Assembly: GCF_003991155.1 (NCBI RefSeq)
Contig: NZ_CP031295.1
Strand: one strand, 5' to 3'
Length of the DNA: 64,000 nucleotides
Origin: Escherichia coli
GTDB taxonomy: Bacteria > Pseudomonadota > Gammaproteobacteria > Enterobacterales > Enterobacteriaceae
Shown: one piece after another, positions 17,380 through 28,564 of the stretch
Position numbering within the stretch: position 1 is the stretch's first letter
Layout: each line of letters starts with the position of its first letter
The notes under the pieces: model-generated
What the model saw: only the letters and a program-made list of their open reading frames with translations
Databases searched by the model: none
Told to the model about the DNA's origin: nothing
Program-made: the position numbers and the translations under genes

Positions 17380-18741
17380 ATGACATTAGCAGCAATCACC
17401 ATGACCGCCCCGGAAGCCGCCAGCCCTGTGCAGATGTACCGCGCGACCTACTCACCGGATGACAACAAACTGCGCCTGTATGCCGTGTCACGTCTTGACC
17501 CGGAGACGTATAAAAAAGTGCATGATGCCGGTTTCCGCTGGGCACCAAAACAGGCGCTGTTTGTCGCGCCAGCCTGGACACCGGGCCGGGAAGACGTGCT
17601 CCTCTCACTTGCCGGAGAGATTGAGGATGAAGACAGCACGCTCGCTGAACGTCAGGAAGCACGGGCGGAGCGGTTTACCGGATACAGCGGAAAGCGGGCC
17701 AGTGAATCCGCACAGGCACTTGATGAAGTGGAAAGACTGGCCGCGATGATCCCGCCCGGTCAGCCCATTCTTGTGGGGCATCACAGCGAACGCCGCGCCC
17801 GTCGTGATGCGCAGCGTATTGAAAACGGCATGAAACGAGCCGTGATGCTCTTTGAACGTGCGGAATACTGGGAAGAGCGGGCGCGGTCGGCACTGCTTCA
17901 CGCGAAGTATAAAGAACGTCCGGACGTTCGCTGGCGTCGTATCAAAAAAATCGAAGCTGATTTGCGCAAGGCTGAAAAGACCATCGCGCAGTCGCAGAAA
18001 TATCTGACGATGTGGCGGGCTGAATCGCTGGATCTGAATATGGCAAAACTCATCAGCAGTCATGACCATATCAGCGCCTGTTTCCCGCTGGATACGTATC
18101 CGCGCCCGGCAGAAAAAAGCCAGTATGAAGGAAGTCGATCGTTATGGTCGGCCCTGGATGATGACATCATCACCACGGAGCAGGCCCGCGAAATTGCGAT
18201 CCGCTGTCATGAACGGCAGATTCAGCGTCAGCAACGCTGGGTTAACCACTATCAGAACCGCCTGATCTATGAGCGTGCCATGCTGGACGAAAGCGGCGGC
18301 GTGGTTACCCGGACACAGGATTTTGAGCCGGGCGGACAGGTTTTCAGCCGGGGCGAGTGGCTGACTATCATCCGCGTGAACAAAAGCAACGGGGCGGTGA
18401 GTTCAGTCACAACGCCGAATTACAGTTTTCTCGGGTACAGCGGCACGATGAAAGTGACGCCCGATCGCATTACGGACTACAAAGCACCATCGGCAGAAGA
18501 GGCTGCCGTCGCCAGTCAGGCCGCTAAGCGTCCGCCGGTAGTCAACTATCCGGGGGAAGGTTTCCGGGAAATGACAAAGGCACAGTGGGCCGCCCTGCCC
18601 CGGGACTGTAAGGCCGTGCGCAGTGTGGCAGAAGCAGAAGACCACGGGGCATACCGGTACCGCCGCACAATGGACAATAATTTCCGCCTGGTGAATGTGT
18701 ATATCTCCGACATGAAAATCACGGAAATCCCACAGAAATAA
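17380..18741 (+). CDS. conserved leading-region protein (453 aa), unknown function
   Basis: Long ORF with GGAGAA RBS; Arg/Glu-rich central region; no catalytic motif recognised. Confidence 0.7.
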   Translation: MTLAAITMTAPEAASPVQMYRATYSPDDNKLRLYAVSRLDPETYKKVHDAGFRWAPKQALFVAPAWTPGREDVLLSLAGEIEDEDSTLAERQEARAERFTGYSGKRASESAQALDEVERLAAMIPPGQPILVGHHSERRARRDAQRIENGMKRAVMLFERAEYWEERARSALLHAKYKERPDVRWRRIKKIEADLRKAEKTIAQSQKYLTMWRAESLDLNMAKLISSHDHISACFPLDTYPRPAEKSQYEGSRSLWSALDDDIITTEQAREIAIRCHERQIQRQQRWVNHYQNRLIYERAMLDESGGVVTRTQDFEPGGQVFSRGEWLTIIRVNKSNGAVSSVTTPNYSFLGYSGTMKVTPDRITDYKAPSAEEAAVASQAAKRPPVVNYPGEGFREMTKAQWAALPRDCKAVRSVAEAEDHGAYRYRRTMDNNFRLVNVYISDMKITEIPQK

Positions 18742-18788
18742 GGTATATCCCCCCGGGAAAATCCCCGGGGGATGACGGAGATAATGAT

Positions 18789-19352
18789 ATGCACAGTCAG
18801 TTAAGAGAACGTATCCGGCTGATGCGCGCAAGGCTGGATAACGCCGCGCCGGTTGCTGAAATCCGGGCTGAATCTCAGCTTTTTGTGACTCCTGCCCCGG
18901 TCTGTGATCGCCTGGTGATGCTGGCGGAGATCAGCAACCGTGATCACATTCTGGAACCCTCTGCCGGCACCGGGGCCATACTGCGGGCGATTCGGGATAC
19001 CGCGCCGGGGGCCATGTGTGATGCGGTGGAAATCAACAGCGGGCTGGTCCGGTATCTGCGGGAAAATTTTAACGGTGTCAGGGTTCAGTGTGGCGACTTC
19101 ATGGAATGGCAGCCGGTGCAGTATTACAGCCGGGTTATCATGAATCCGCCGTTCAGCCACGGGCAGGATATCCGGCATATCCTGCGGGCCTTTTCCCTGT
19201 TGCGTCCGGGGGGCGTGCTGGTCGCCGTCTGTCTCAACGGACCACGCCAGCAGGAGAAGCTGTTACCGTTTTCTGACGTCCGCGAGGAGCTGCCGCGCGG
19301 CACGTTTGCTTATACCGATGTCCCGACGATGATTATTCGTCTGCGTGCCTGA
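18789..19352 (+). CDS. small orphan DNA methyltransferase, gamma-like order (motif I before motif IV)
   Basis: SAM-binding LEPSAGTGAIL followed by VIMNPPFSHGQD (NPPF); only 187 aa. Confidence 0.75.
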   Translation: MHSQLRERIRLMRARLDNAAPVAEIRAESQLFVTPAPVCDRLVMLAEISNRDHILEPSAGTGAILRAIRDTAPGAMCDAVEINSGLVRYLRENFNGVRVQCGDFMEWQPVQYYSRVIMNPPFSHGQDIRHILRAFSLLRPGGVLVAVCLNGPRQQEKLLPFSDVREELPRGTFAYTDVPTMIIRLRA

Positions 19353-19509
19353 AGACGCCGGGCAGGCGGGAGGATAAATGCCCGTCTGCCCGCGCCGGGA
19401 AAAGACCGCGCGCCGGTGGCGCTGAAAGGGGCCGCGCTCACGCGCCGCCCCTTTCATTACGCGGACGTTCTGATGGGGGCTTCTGTTTCTTCATGCCTGT
19501 CATTTGTCT

Positions 19510-20185
19510 GTTACTGATGTTGTTGTTCCTGCTACTGTTCTTCTTTTTCCTGCTGCTCTGATTCTGACTACTGCAGTGTTGTCCTGTCTGCCGGGCGCAC
19601 CTTCGGCTCCCGGCTGCCTGGCGGCATCCGGTCGTCAGGCCCGACTCCGACAGGCAGCTGCTGGCGCACCTGCCAGTCTCCGCCGAACCCGCTGGCGCGG
19701 TTTCGGGCTGTCGCTACGGTCCGATGCGTGAAAACCCCTGGCTTGCAGCGACCGTTCCGGTCGCGCCGCCTCTGTCGCGCCGTGGCCTGCGCTCCTGGCA
19801 TCCCGGCAAAAGACCGCCGGGATGTAAGGGGCAACGCCGTTTCGCAAACCGCGCTTCACGTCGTTGCGGCGGGTCCCTGCCCGTTGTTCTGTCCGGTGCC
19901 ATTCACCTGTTTAAGCCCCTGTCGCCGGGGGCAAAGACAGCCACAACCGTCTCCGCCAGTCCAGGGGTGAAATGTACATCCCGCAAAACTTTTTGCCCAA
20001 AAGCAGGCAAAAACTTTTGCGGGATGTACATTTCACCCCCGGACAGTCGTTTCCGTCCGTGGCAGTGATGCCCCTTGCGGCGAAGGTTCTCAAAAAGGTG
20101 ATGGTGAATACCGGAGGGAACAAAAGGCAGGTCCCCGCAAAACGTCAAAACCGCGGCTCCCGAAACTCAAAAGATGATGGGGGCT
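19510..20185 (+). repeat. GC-rich structured repeat, copy 2 (Frpo/ssi-like), upstream of ssb
   Basis: Near-identical to copies 1 and 3; long hairpin 19962-20041 (GGGGTGAAATGTACATCCCGCAAAACTTTTTGCC ... GGCAAAAACTTTTGCGGGATGTACATTTCACCCC) with a single central mismatch. Confidence 0.7.
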
Positions 20186-20212
20186 GAAAACATCAACAGA
20201 AGGAGGCACATC

Positions 20213-20752
20213 ATGGCAGTTCGTGGCATTAACAAGGTCATTCTCGTAGGACGCCTGGGAAAAGATCCGGAAGTCCGTTACATCCCCAACGGGGGCGCAG
20301 TGGCAAACCTGCAGGTGGCCACATCAGAAAGCTGGCGTGACAAACAGACGGGGGAGATGCGGGAGCAGACAGAATGGCATCGTGTGGTGCTGTTCGGCAA
20401 GCTCGCGGAAGTGGCAGGTGAATATCTGCGCAAGGGCGCGCAGGTCTACATCGAAGGTCAGCTTCGCACCCGTAGCTGGGAGGATAACGGTATCACCCGT
20501 TACGTCACCGAAATTCTTGTTAAGACCACGGGCACCATGCAGATGCTGGGACGTGCCGCAGGTGCTCAGACTCAGCCGGAAGAGGGGCAACAGTTCAGCG
20601 GTCAGTATCAGCCGGAACCACAGGCGGAGGCCGGTACGAAAAAAGGAGGCGCAAAAACGAAAGGCCGTGGACGTAAGGCCACGCAGCCGGAGTCGCAGCC
20701 GCAACCGCCGGAGAGTGACGATTACGGGTTTTCAGATGATATCCCGTTCTGA
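20213..20752 (+). CDS. ssb: plasmid single-stranded DNA-binding protein
   Basis: [25 protein letters not shown]-fold N-terminus, Gly/Gln-rich linker, acidic tail DDIPF; AGGAGG RBS. Confidence 0.95.
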   Translation: MAVRGINKVILVGRLGKDPEVRYIPNGGAVANLQVATSESWRDKQTGEMREQTEWHRVVLFGKLAEVAGEYLRKGAQVYIEGQLRTRSWEDNGITRYVTEILVKTTGTMQMLGRAAGAQTQPEEGQQFSGQYQPEPQAEAGTKKGGAKTKGRGRKATQPESQPQPPESDDYGFSDDIPF

Positions 20753-20766
20753 ACGACTGACTGTGA

Positions 20767-21042
<276 letters not shown>

Positions 21043-21106
21043 GAGAGGTGCCGGACGGGGATCACGTCCGGCAGACATACAACCACCCCGGTCAAAGGAG
21101 AAATAT

Positions 21107-23065
21107 ATGTCAGTTACAGAGTCTAAGGTAAAAACGGAGCGTAAATCCAGCCGTAAACCTGCAAAAACGCAGGAAACAGTCCTGTCGGCCCTGCTGGCGG
21201 AGACGGCTGAAGTGAGCGTGCCGCTGGCCTCGCTGATTAAGTCACCGCTGAATGTGCGCACGGTGCCGTATTCTGCGGAGTCCGTCAGCGAACTGGCAGA
21301 GTCCATTAAGGGCGTCGGCCTGCTGCAGAATCTGGTTGTTCATGCCCTGCCAGGTGACCGTTACGGTGTCGCCGCAGGCGGTCGCCGACTGGCAGCACTC
21401 AACATGCTGGCAGAGCGCAACATCCTTCCGGCTGACTGGCCTGTCCGCGTGAAGGTTATTCCGCAGGAACTGGCGACTGCCGCATCAATGACTGAAAACG
21501 GTCATCGTCGGGATATGCACCCTGCCGAACAGATTGCCGGATTCCGCGCAATGGCGCAGGAAGGCAAAACACCTGCACAAATCGGTGATTTGCTGGGCTA
21601 TTCACCCCGCCACGTTCAGCGAATGCTGAAACTGGCAGACCTTGCGCCTGTCATCCTCGATGCGCTGGCAGAAGACCGCATCACCACAGAGCACTGTCAG
21701 GCGCTGGCGCTGGAGAACGACACCGCGCGTCAGGTGCAGGTGTTTGAAGCCGCCTGTCAGTCGGGATGGGGCGGTAAACCGGAAGTACAGACCATTCGTC
21801 GTCTGGTGACCGAAAGTGAAGTGGCGGTGGCGGGGAACAGTAAATTCCGCTTCGTGGGGGCTGATGCCTTCTCGCCAGACGAACTGCGCACCGATTTGTT
21901 CAGCGACGACGAGGGTGGCTATGTGGACTGCGTGGCGCTCGATGCCGCCCTGCTGGAAAAACTCCAGGCTGTCGCAGAGTTCCTTCGGGAAGCCGAAGGC
22001 TGGGAATGGTGCGCCGGACGCATGGAGCCTGTCGGTGAGTGCCGTGAGGATGCCGGAACATACCGCTGTCTGCCGGAGCCGGAAGCGGTGCTGACCGAGG
22101 CGGAAGAAGAACGTCTGAACGAACTGATGGCACGTTACGACGCGCTGGAAAACCAGTGTGAGGAATCTGACCTGCTGGAAGCAGAAATGAAGCTGATGCG
22201 CTGCATGGCGAAGGTCAGAGCGTGGACGCCGGAGATGCGTGCCGGAGGTGGAGTGGTGGTGTCCTGGCGTTATGGAAACGTATGTGTCCAGCGTGGTGTG
22301 CAGTTACGCAGTGAGGATGATGCGGCTGACGACGCTGACCGCACGGAACAGGTGCAGGAAAAAGCGTCAGTGGAGGAAATCAGTCTGCCACTGCTGACGA
22401 AAATGTCCTCAGAGCGCACGCTGGCAGTCCAGGCAGCACTGATGCAGCAACCGGACAAATCCCTGACACTGCTGGCATGGACGCTCTGCCTGAATGTGTT
22501 TGGCAGCGGAGCGTACAGTAAACCAGCACAAATCAGCCTGGAATGTAAACATTATTCGCTGACCAGCGATGCGCCATCGGGGAAGGAAGGTGCCGCATTC
22601 ATGGCGCTGATGGCAGAAAAAGCCCGTCTTGCTGCCCTGTTACCGGAGGGATGGTCACGGGACATGACGACATTCCTGTCACTCAGTCAGGAGGTGCTGT
22701 TATCCCTGCTCAGTTTCTGCACCGCATGCAGCCTTAACGGTGTCCAGACCCGTGAGTATGGTCACACGTCACGCAGTCCGCTGGACACGCTGGAGAGCGC
22801 CATCGGTTTTCACATGCGCGACTGGTGGCAGCCGACAAAAGCAAACTTCTTCGGACACCTGAAAAAGCCGCAGATTATCGCAGCCCTGAATGAGGCAGGA
22901 CTGTCCGGTGCTGCACGGGATGCAGAGAAGATGAAGAAAGGTGATGCGGCTGAACATGCAGAGCACCATATGAAAGACAACCGCTGGGTGCCTGGCTGGA
23001 TGTGTGCACCACATCCACAGACGGATACCACTGAACGCACCGATAACCTGGCTGATGCCGCCTGA
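21107..23065 (+). CDS. large ParB/Srx-domain protein of the leading region (652 aa)
   Basis: N-terminal ParB-like motif GLLQNLVVHALPGDRYGVAAGGRRLAAL; long acidic and Cys-containing C-terminal extension. Confidence 0.8.
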   Translation: MSVTESKVKTERKSSRKPAKTQETVLSALLAETAEVSVPLASLIKSPLNVRTVPYSAESVSELAESIKGVGLLQNLVVHALPGDRYGVAAGGRRLAALNMLAERNILPADWPVRVKVIPQELATAASMTENGHRRDMHPAEQIAGFRAMAQEGKTPAQIGDLLGYSPRHVQRMLKLADLAPVILDALAEDRITTEHCQALALENDTARQVQVFEAACQSGWGGKPEVQTIRRLVTESEVAVAGNSKFRFVGADAFSPDELRTDLFSDDEGGYVDCVALDAALLEKLQAVAEFLREAEGWEWCAGRMEPVGECREDAGTYRCLPEPEAVLTEAEEERLNELMARYDALENQCEESDLLEAEMKLMRCMAKVRAWTPEMRAGGGVVVSWRYGNVCVQRGVQLRSEDDAADDADRTEQVQEKASVEEISLPLLTKMSSERTLAVQAALMQQPDKSLTLLAWTLCLNVFGSGAYSKPAQISLECKHYSLTSDAPSGKEGAAFMALMAEKARLAALLPEGWSRDMTTFLSLSQEVLLSLLSFCTACSLNGVQTREYGHTSRSPLDTLESAIGFHMRDWWQPTKANFFGHLKKPQIIAALNEAGLSGAARDAEKMKKGDAAEHAEHHMKDNRWVPGWMCAPHPQTDTTERTDNLADAA

Positions 23066-23119
23066 TAAACAACCACACCGCCCCGCCGGAGACGGGGCGG
23101 CAGCAAGGGAGATACCGTG

Positions 23120-23554
23120 ATGAAAACTGAACTGACCCTGAATGTATTACAGACCATGAGCGCACAGGAATATGAAGATATCCGGGCAGCCGGAAGTGAT
23201 GAACGTCGTGAGCTGACACACGCCGTGATGCGGGAACTGGATGCGCCGGACAACTGGACGATGAACGGCGAGTACGGCAGCGAGTTTGGCGGATTTTTCC
23301 CCGTCCAGGTCCGTTTCACGCCTGCCCACGAACGTTTCCACCTGGCGTTATGTTCACCGGGCGATGTCTCTCAGGTCTGGGTGCTGGTTCTGGTGAATGC
23401 CGGTGGTGAGCCGTTTGCGGTGGTTCAGGTACAGCGGCGGTTTGCACCGGAAGCCGTCAGCCATTCACTGGCACTGGCGGCGTCACTGGACGCGCAGGGG
23501 TACAGCGTCAGTGACATCATCCATATCCTGATGGCGGAAGGAGGTCAGGCATGA
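23120..23554 (+). CDS. psiB: plasmid SOS inhibition protein PsiB
   Basis: [46 protein letters not shown]... matches F PsiB as recalled. Confidence 0.9.
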
Positions 23555-24270
23555 GCGCACGTTCACAGGCACTGGTTCCTCTCAGCACAGAGCAACAGGC
23601 CGCATGGCGGGCGGTGGCGGAGACCGAAAAACGCCGCCATCAGGGTAACACGCTGGCTGAATATCCGTATGCGGGGGCGTTTTTCCGCTGTCTGAACGGA
23701 AGCCGCAGGATATCGCTGTCTGACCTGCGATTTTTCATGCCGTCCCTGACCGCAGAAGAACTGCACGGCAACCGTCTTCAGTGGCTGTATGCCATCGATG
23801 TGCTGATTGAAACACAGGGCGAGGTCTGCCTCCTTCCCCTTCCCGGTGATGCAGCAGAGCGCTTGTTCCCGTCGGTGCGGTTTCGTGTCAGGGAACGCAG
23901 TCGCCATAAATCCGCGCTGGTCATGCAGAAGTACAGCCGCCAGCAGGCGAGGGAGGCAGAGCAGAAAGCCCGTGCGTACCAGGCGCTGGTCGCTCAGGCT
24001 GAAATCGAACTGGCATTCCATTCGCCGGAAACAGTCGGAAGCTGGCATGCACGCTGGAGTGACCGGGTGGCAGAGCATGACCTGGAAACCCTGTTCTGGC
24101 AGTGGGGCGAGCGTTTTCCGTCACTGGCCGGAATGGAACGCTGGCAGTGGCAGGATATGCCATTCTGGCAGGTCATCGCAGAGGCTGGTATGGCGGCAAG
24201 GGTGGTCGGTCATGCTGTTCGTGAGATGGAGCGGTGGATGGTGCCGAACAAACTCCGGGAGGCAGCGTGA
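23551..24270 (+). CDS. psiA: PsiA
   Basis: Translationally coupled to psiB; 239 aa matching F PsiA as recalled. Confidence 0.9.
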
Positions 24271-24491
24271 TGCGGCAACAATCACACGGATTTCCCGTGA
24301 ACGGTCTGAATGAGCGGATTATTTTCAGGGAAAGTGAGTGTGGTCAGCGTGCAGGTATATGGGCTATGATGTGCCCGGCGCTTGAGGCTTTCTGCCTCAT
24401 GACGTGAAGGTGGTTTGTTGCCGTGTTGTGTGGCAGAAAGAAGATAGCCCCGTAGTAAGTTAATTTTCATTAACCACCACGAGGCATCCCT

Positions 24492-24704
24492 ATGTCTAGT
24501 CCACATCAGGATAGCCTCTTACCGCGCTTTGCGCAAGGAGAAGAAGGCCATGAAACTACCACGAAGTTCCCTTGTCTGGTGTGTGTTGATCGTGTGTCTC
24601 ACACTGTTGATATTCACTTATCTGACACGAAAATCGCTGTGCGAGATTCGTTACAGAGACGGACACAGGGAGGTGGCGGCTTTCATGGCTTACGAATCCG
24701 GTAA
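24492..24704 (+). CDS. mok: mok-like overlapping leader ORF of the hok locus (flmC-like)
   Basis: ORF overlapping hok in another frame, as in hok/sok-type loci. Confidence 0.45.
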   Translation: MSSPHQDSLLPRFAQGEEGHETTTKFPCLVCVDRVSHTVDIHLSDTKIAVRDSLQRRTQGGGGFHGLRIR

Positions 24705-24708
24705 GTAG
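24550..24708 (+). CDS. hok: Hok-family membrane toxin (F FlmA-like, 52 aa)
   Basis: [52 protein letters not shown] read directly from 24550. Confidence 0.85.
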   Translation: MKLPRSSLVWCVLIVCLTLLIFTYLTRKSLCEIRYRDGHREVAAFMAYESGK

Positions 24709-24964
24709 CAACCTGGAGGCGGGCGCAGGCCCGCCTTTTCAGGACTGATGCTGGTCTGACTACTGAAGCGCCTTTATAAAGGGGCTGCTGGTTCGCCGGT
24801 AGCCCCTTTCTCCTTGCTGATGTTGTACGGGCATGAACAACCTGACTTCAGGAAGGTCGTTTCCCTTCAGGAACGGGGATGAACGCGCGCCTGCGGCGCC
24901 CGTTCTTTTCCCCCGCCTTCTCTGGTTATGGCCTGTCAGAAATCACATCACCTTCCCTGTGATT

Positions 24965-25608
24965 ATTCTCTTTTTCTTCCTGCTCTGATTCTGACTACTG
25001 CAGTGTTGTCCTGTCTGCCGGGCGTACCTTCGGCTCCCGGCTGCCTGGCGGCATCCGGTCGTCAGGCCCGACTCCGACAGGCAGCTGCTGGCGCACCTGC
25101 CAGTCTCCGCCGAACCCGCTGGCGCGGTTTCGGGCTGTCGCTACGGTCCGATGCGTGAAAACCCCTGGCTTGCAGCGACCGTTCCGGTCGCGCCGCCTCT
25201 GTCGCGCCGTGACCTGCGCTCCCGGCATCCCGGCAAAAGGCGCCGGGATGTAAGGCGCAACGCCGTTTCGCAAACCGCGCTTCACGTCGTTGCGGCGGGT
25301 CCCTGCCCGTTGTTGTGTCCGGTGCCATTCACCAGTTTAAGCCCCTGTCGCCGGGGGCATAGACAGCCACAACCGTCTCCGCCAGTCCAGGGGTGAAATG
25401 CACATCCCGCAAAACTTTTTGCCCAGAAGCAGGCAAAAACTTTTGCGGTCTGCCCCCGGACAGTCGTTTCCGGCCGTGGCAGTGATGCCCCATGCGGCGA
25501 AGGTTCTCAAACAGGTGATGGTGAATACCGGAGGGAACAAAAGGCAGGTCCCCGCAAAACGTCAAAACCGCGGCTCCCGAAACTCAACAGATGATGGGGG
25601 CTGAAAAC
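24965..25608 (+). repeat. GC-rich structured repeat, copy 3 (Frpo/ssi-like)
   Basis: Near-identical to copy 2; palindrome GCAAAACTTTTTGCC...GGCAAAAACTTTTGC at 25407-25448. Confidence 0.7.
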
Positions 25609-25628
25609 CAGAGAGAGGAGAAAGCAGG

Positions 25629-25916
25629 ATGAGTACCCGAAATATCCACGTTAACACCGCGTCGTACACGCTTCTTGTTGCCGGGAAGAAAAAAAACACC
25701 GGGGAAGAGTGGGACGTCCTGGAATTCAGCAGCCTGACTGAGCTGAAAAAATATCGCAAAAGCCACCCGGAAAAGATGGCCTTCAGTTATAGCTACGCGC
25801 TCAGTCAGGGTGTGGATAAGCAGTTCCGCCATATCAACATTGCGGAAGCCGATCACTTCAAACAGTTCCTGCGTCAGATTAAGCGTGCCGGCCTCGATAT
25901 CCGGGCGATCTGCTGA
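25629..25916 (+). CDS. small conserved hypothetical protein (95 aa)
   Basis: First ORF after repeat copy 3; GAGAGGAG RBS. Confidence 0.6.
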   Translation: MSTRNIHVNTASYTLLVAGKKKNTGEEWDVLEFSSLTELKKYRKSHPEKMAFSYSYALSQGVDKQFRHINIAEADHFKQFLRQIKRAGLDIRAIC

Positions 25917-26033
25917 CCGGATGTGATGAATATCCCTCCTGATTGTTGCAATCTTGTTAATGGAGATCGGGGGGATGATATTAAGCGGAAAAATTTTTTA
26001 TTAAATTTATTCTTTCATAAAGGAGTAGCTGTT

Positions 26034-26855
26034 ATGCGATTAGCTTCCCGTTTTGGTCGGTATAATTCCATCCGCCGTGAACGTCCTTTAACGGATGATG
26101 AATTAATGCAGTTCGTGCCTTCGGTATTTTCCGGTGATAAACATGAGTCCCGGAGTGAACGTTATACGTATATTCCAACAATCAATATCATCAATAAGTT
26201 ACGTGATGAAGGTTTCCAGCCATTCTTTGCCTGTCAGAGTCGGATTCGTGATTTGGGACGTCGCGAATACAGTAAACATATGTTACGTCTTCGCAGGGAA
26301 GGGCATATTAACGGACAGGAAGTTCCTGAAATTATCCTGCTTAATTCACATGATGGTTCATCCAGTTATCAGATGATCCCCGGAATTTTTCGTTTTGTCT
26401 GCACAAATGGCCTGGTGTGCGGAAATAATTTTGGCGAAATCCGCGTTCCACATAAAGGTGATATTGTCGGGCAGGTTATCGAGGGAGCGTATGAAGTGCT
26501 CGGTGTCTTTGATAAGGTCACTGATAATATGGAGGCGATGAAAGAAATTCATCTTAACAGTGACGAGCAACATTTATTTGGCAGAGCTGCACTGATGGTC
26601 AGGTATGAAGATGAAAATAAAACGCCAGTGACACCTGAACAGATAATTACTCCCCGTCGTCGGGAAGACAAACAGAACGATCTCTGGACAACCTGGCAGC
26701 GGGTTCAGGAGAATATGATAAAAGGTGGATTATCGGGGCGAAGTGCCTCCGGGAAAAATACCAGGACAAGAGCCATTACAGGTATTGATGGTGATATAAG
26801 AATCAACAAGGCGTTATGGGTGATTGCCGAACAGTTCAGAAAGTGGAAGTCATGA
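26034..26855 (+). CDS. conserved leading-region protein (273 aa), unknown function
   Basis: ORF with AAGGAG RBS; start placed at MRLASRFGRY; family often annotated only as a DUF in F-like plasmids (recollection, unverified). Confidence 0.7.
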   Translation: MRLASRFGRYNSIRRERPLTDDELMQFVPSVFSGDKHESRSERYTYIPTINIINKLRDEGFQPFFACQSRIRDLGRREYSKHMLRLRREGHINGQEVPEIILLNSHDGSSSYQMIPGIFRFVCTNGLVCGNNFGEIRVPHKGDIVGQVIEGAYEVLGVFDKVTDNMEAMKEIHLNSDEQHLFGRAALMVRYEDENKTPVTPEQIITPRRREDKQNDLWTTWQRVQENMIKGGLSGRSASGKNTRTRAITGIDGDIRINKALWVIAEQFRKWKS

Positions 26856-26866
26856 TAATATAAGTA

Positions 26867-26894
26867 AAGCCCCGAAAAAATTTTCGGGGCTTTA
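26867..26894. terminator. bidirectional hairpin terminator
   Basis: AAAGCCCCGAAAAAATTTTCGGGGCTTT perfect palindrome between convergent genes. Confidence 0.65.
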
Positions 26895-27151
26895 CTTATA
26901 TTATCATTTTTCGGCATTGCTGTGTCGTCTGATATACCTCAATTTCATCAACCGGATTTCCGGTTGTCTGTAAATATTGTGCCCGCGAAAAATGGTCTGG
27001 CAGGAGGCTGCACAGTTACCGGGTATATATAAGATGGGTTCCCGCTTCGCGGGGCTTCGGCCAGTCAGTATTGTCACTCATATGATATTTTTGTGTGTGG
27101 CCTTCCATGCCGCTTTTGCGGCATAACCGGTATCTGACAATGTCTGTAAGA

Positions 27152-27661
27152 TTAATTGTTCTGCACGCTGTTAATTTCCGGAAGTGATTTCTTCGTGGCC
27201 GGAAGTCGGATACCTTTACTGCTTTTTATCCCAGTATAAATCCGGTAAACATCTGATGCGTAGGCAAGACGTCTCTGGTTCTGGCGTTCGGTTTTCCTGA
27301 ATCCGGCATTGTATGCACCAACGGCCTCCCAGGTGACGCCCCATTTTTTAAATGCTATTGCCAGATAATAAGCACCGGTATAAATGTTCATGCAGGGATC
27401 TGTTGTCAGATGTTCTGGCTTAATTCCGTAGCGGGCCAGTTCGTTAAAATGCTGGGAATCTACCTGCATCAGTCCGCTGCCATATCCCGTTACCGGATTA
27501 ATACCGATGGCATTAACCCGGTAACGGGATTCTTGCCATGATATTGCTCTCAGTAAATCAGGATCTATTTTGTAATCCCGGCCTGCAAGATCAAAGCAAT
27601 CAGTGGCCTGGCAGATCTCATTTATAAACATCAGGCAGATGGCTAACATCCATTTTTTCAT
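27152..27661 (-). CDS. lytic transglycosylase (F gene X / orf169-like)
   Basis: Signal peptide [12 protein letters not shown] and SLT motif ISWQESRY; sits next to oriT and is transcribed away from it. Confidence 0.85.
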   Translation of the reverse strand: MKKWMLAICLMFINEICQATDCFDLAGRDYKIDPDLLRAISWQESRYRVNAIGINPVTGYGSGLMQVDSQHFNELARYGIKPEHLTTDPCMNIYTGAYYLAIAFKKWGVTWEAVGAYNAGFRKTERQNQRRLAYASDVYRIYTGIKSSKGIRLPATKKSLPEINSVQNN

Positions 27662-28074
27662 TTTTCCACCTCTGGTGACTTTATCCGTAAATAATTTAAC
27701 CCACTCCACAAAAAGGCTCAACAGGTTGGTGGTTCTCACCACCAAAAGCACCACACCCCACGCAAAAACAAGTTTTTGCTGATTTTTCTTTATAAATAGA
27801 GAGTTATGACAAATTAGTTCTTCTTGCTCTCTTTGTGATATTTAAAAAAGCGGTGTTGGCGCAGCTACAACACCGCGCCGACACCGCTTTTTAGGGGTGG
27901 TACTGACTATTTTCATAAAAAACATCATCTTATATTAGGGGTGCTGCTAGCGGCGCGGTGTGTTTTTTTACAGGACGCCCCTGGGGGCGCTGCTAGCGGT
28001 GCGTCCCTGTTTGCATTATGAATTTTAGTGTTTCGAAATTAACTTTATTTTATGTTCAAAAAAGGTAATCTCTA
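27662..28074 (-). other. oriT: origin of transfer (oriT), F-type, nic site near 27752/27753 on the reverse strand
   Basis: Reverse complement of 27740-27775 reads TTTGCGTGGGGTGTGGTGCTTTTGGTG (F nic region as recalled); inverted repeats and AT-rich tracts between gene X and traM. Confidence 0.85.
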
Positions 28075-28458
28075 ATGGCTAAGGTGAACCTGTATATCAG
28101 CAATGATGCCTATGAAAAAATAAATGCGATTATTGAGAAGCGTCGACAGGAAGGGGCAAGGGAAAAAGATGTCAGTTTTTCAGCAACAGCTTCAATGCTT
28201 CTTGAACTGGGGCTTCGTGTACATGAGGCTCAGATGGAGCGTAAAGAGTCTGCATTTAATCAGACTGAGTTTAATAAATTGCTTCTTGAATGCGTTGTAA
28301 AAACACAATCATCAGTAGCGAAAATTTTGGGTATTGAGTCTCTCAGTCCTCATGTCTCCGGAAATCCAAAGTTTGAATATGCCAATATGGTTGAAGATAT
28401 CAGGGAGAAGGTATCATCTGAGATGGAACGATTTTTTCCAAAAAATGATGATGAATAA
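28075..28458 (+). CDS. traM: TraM relaxosome accessory protein
   Basis: MAKVNLYISNDAYEKINAIIEKRRQEGAREKDVSFSATASMLLELGLR... matches F TraM. Confidence 0.95.
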   Translation: MAKVNLYISNDAYEKINAIIEKRRQEGAREKDVSFSATASMLLELGLRVHEAQMERKESAFNQTEFNKLLLECVVKTQSSVAKILGIESLSPHVSGNPKFEYANMVEDIREKVSSEMERFFPKNDDE

Positions 28459-28564
28459 AAGAAATTTGACTTCGTTCAAATATCAGAGTTTTTATGATTT
28501 AAAAAGGTGACAGTACGAAAGATAATTAGTATATTAATTACGTGGTTAATGCCACGTTAAAATT

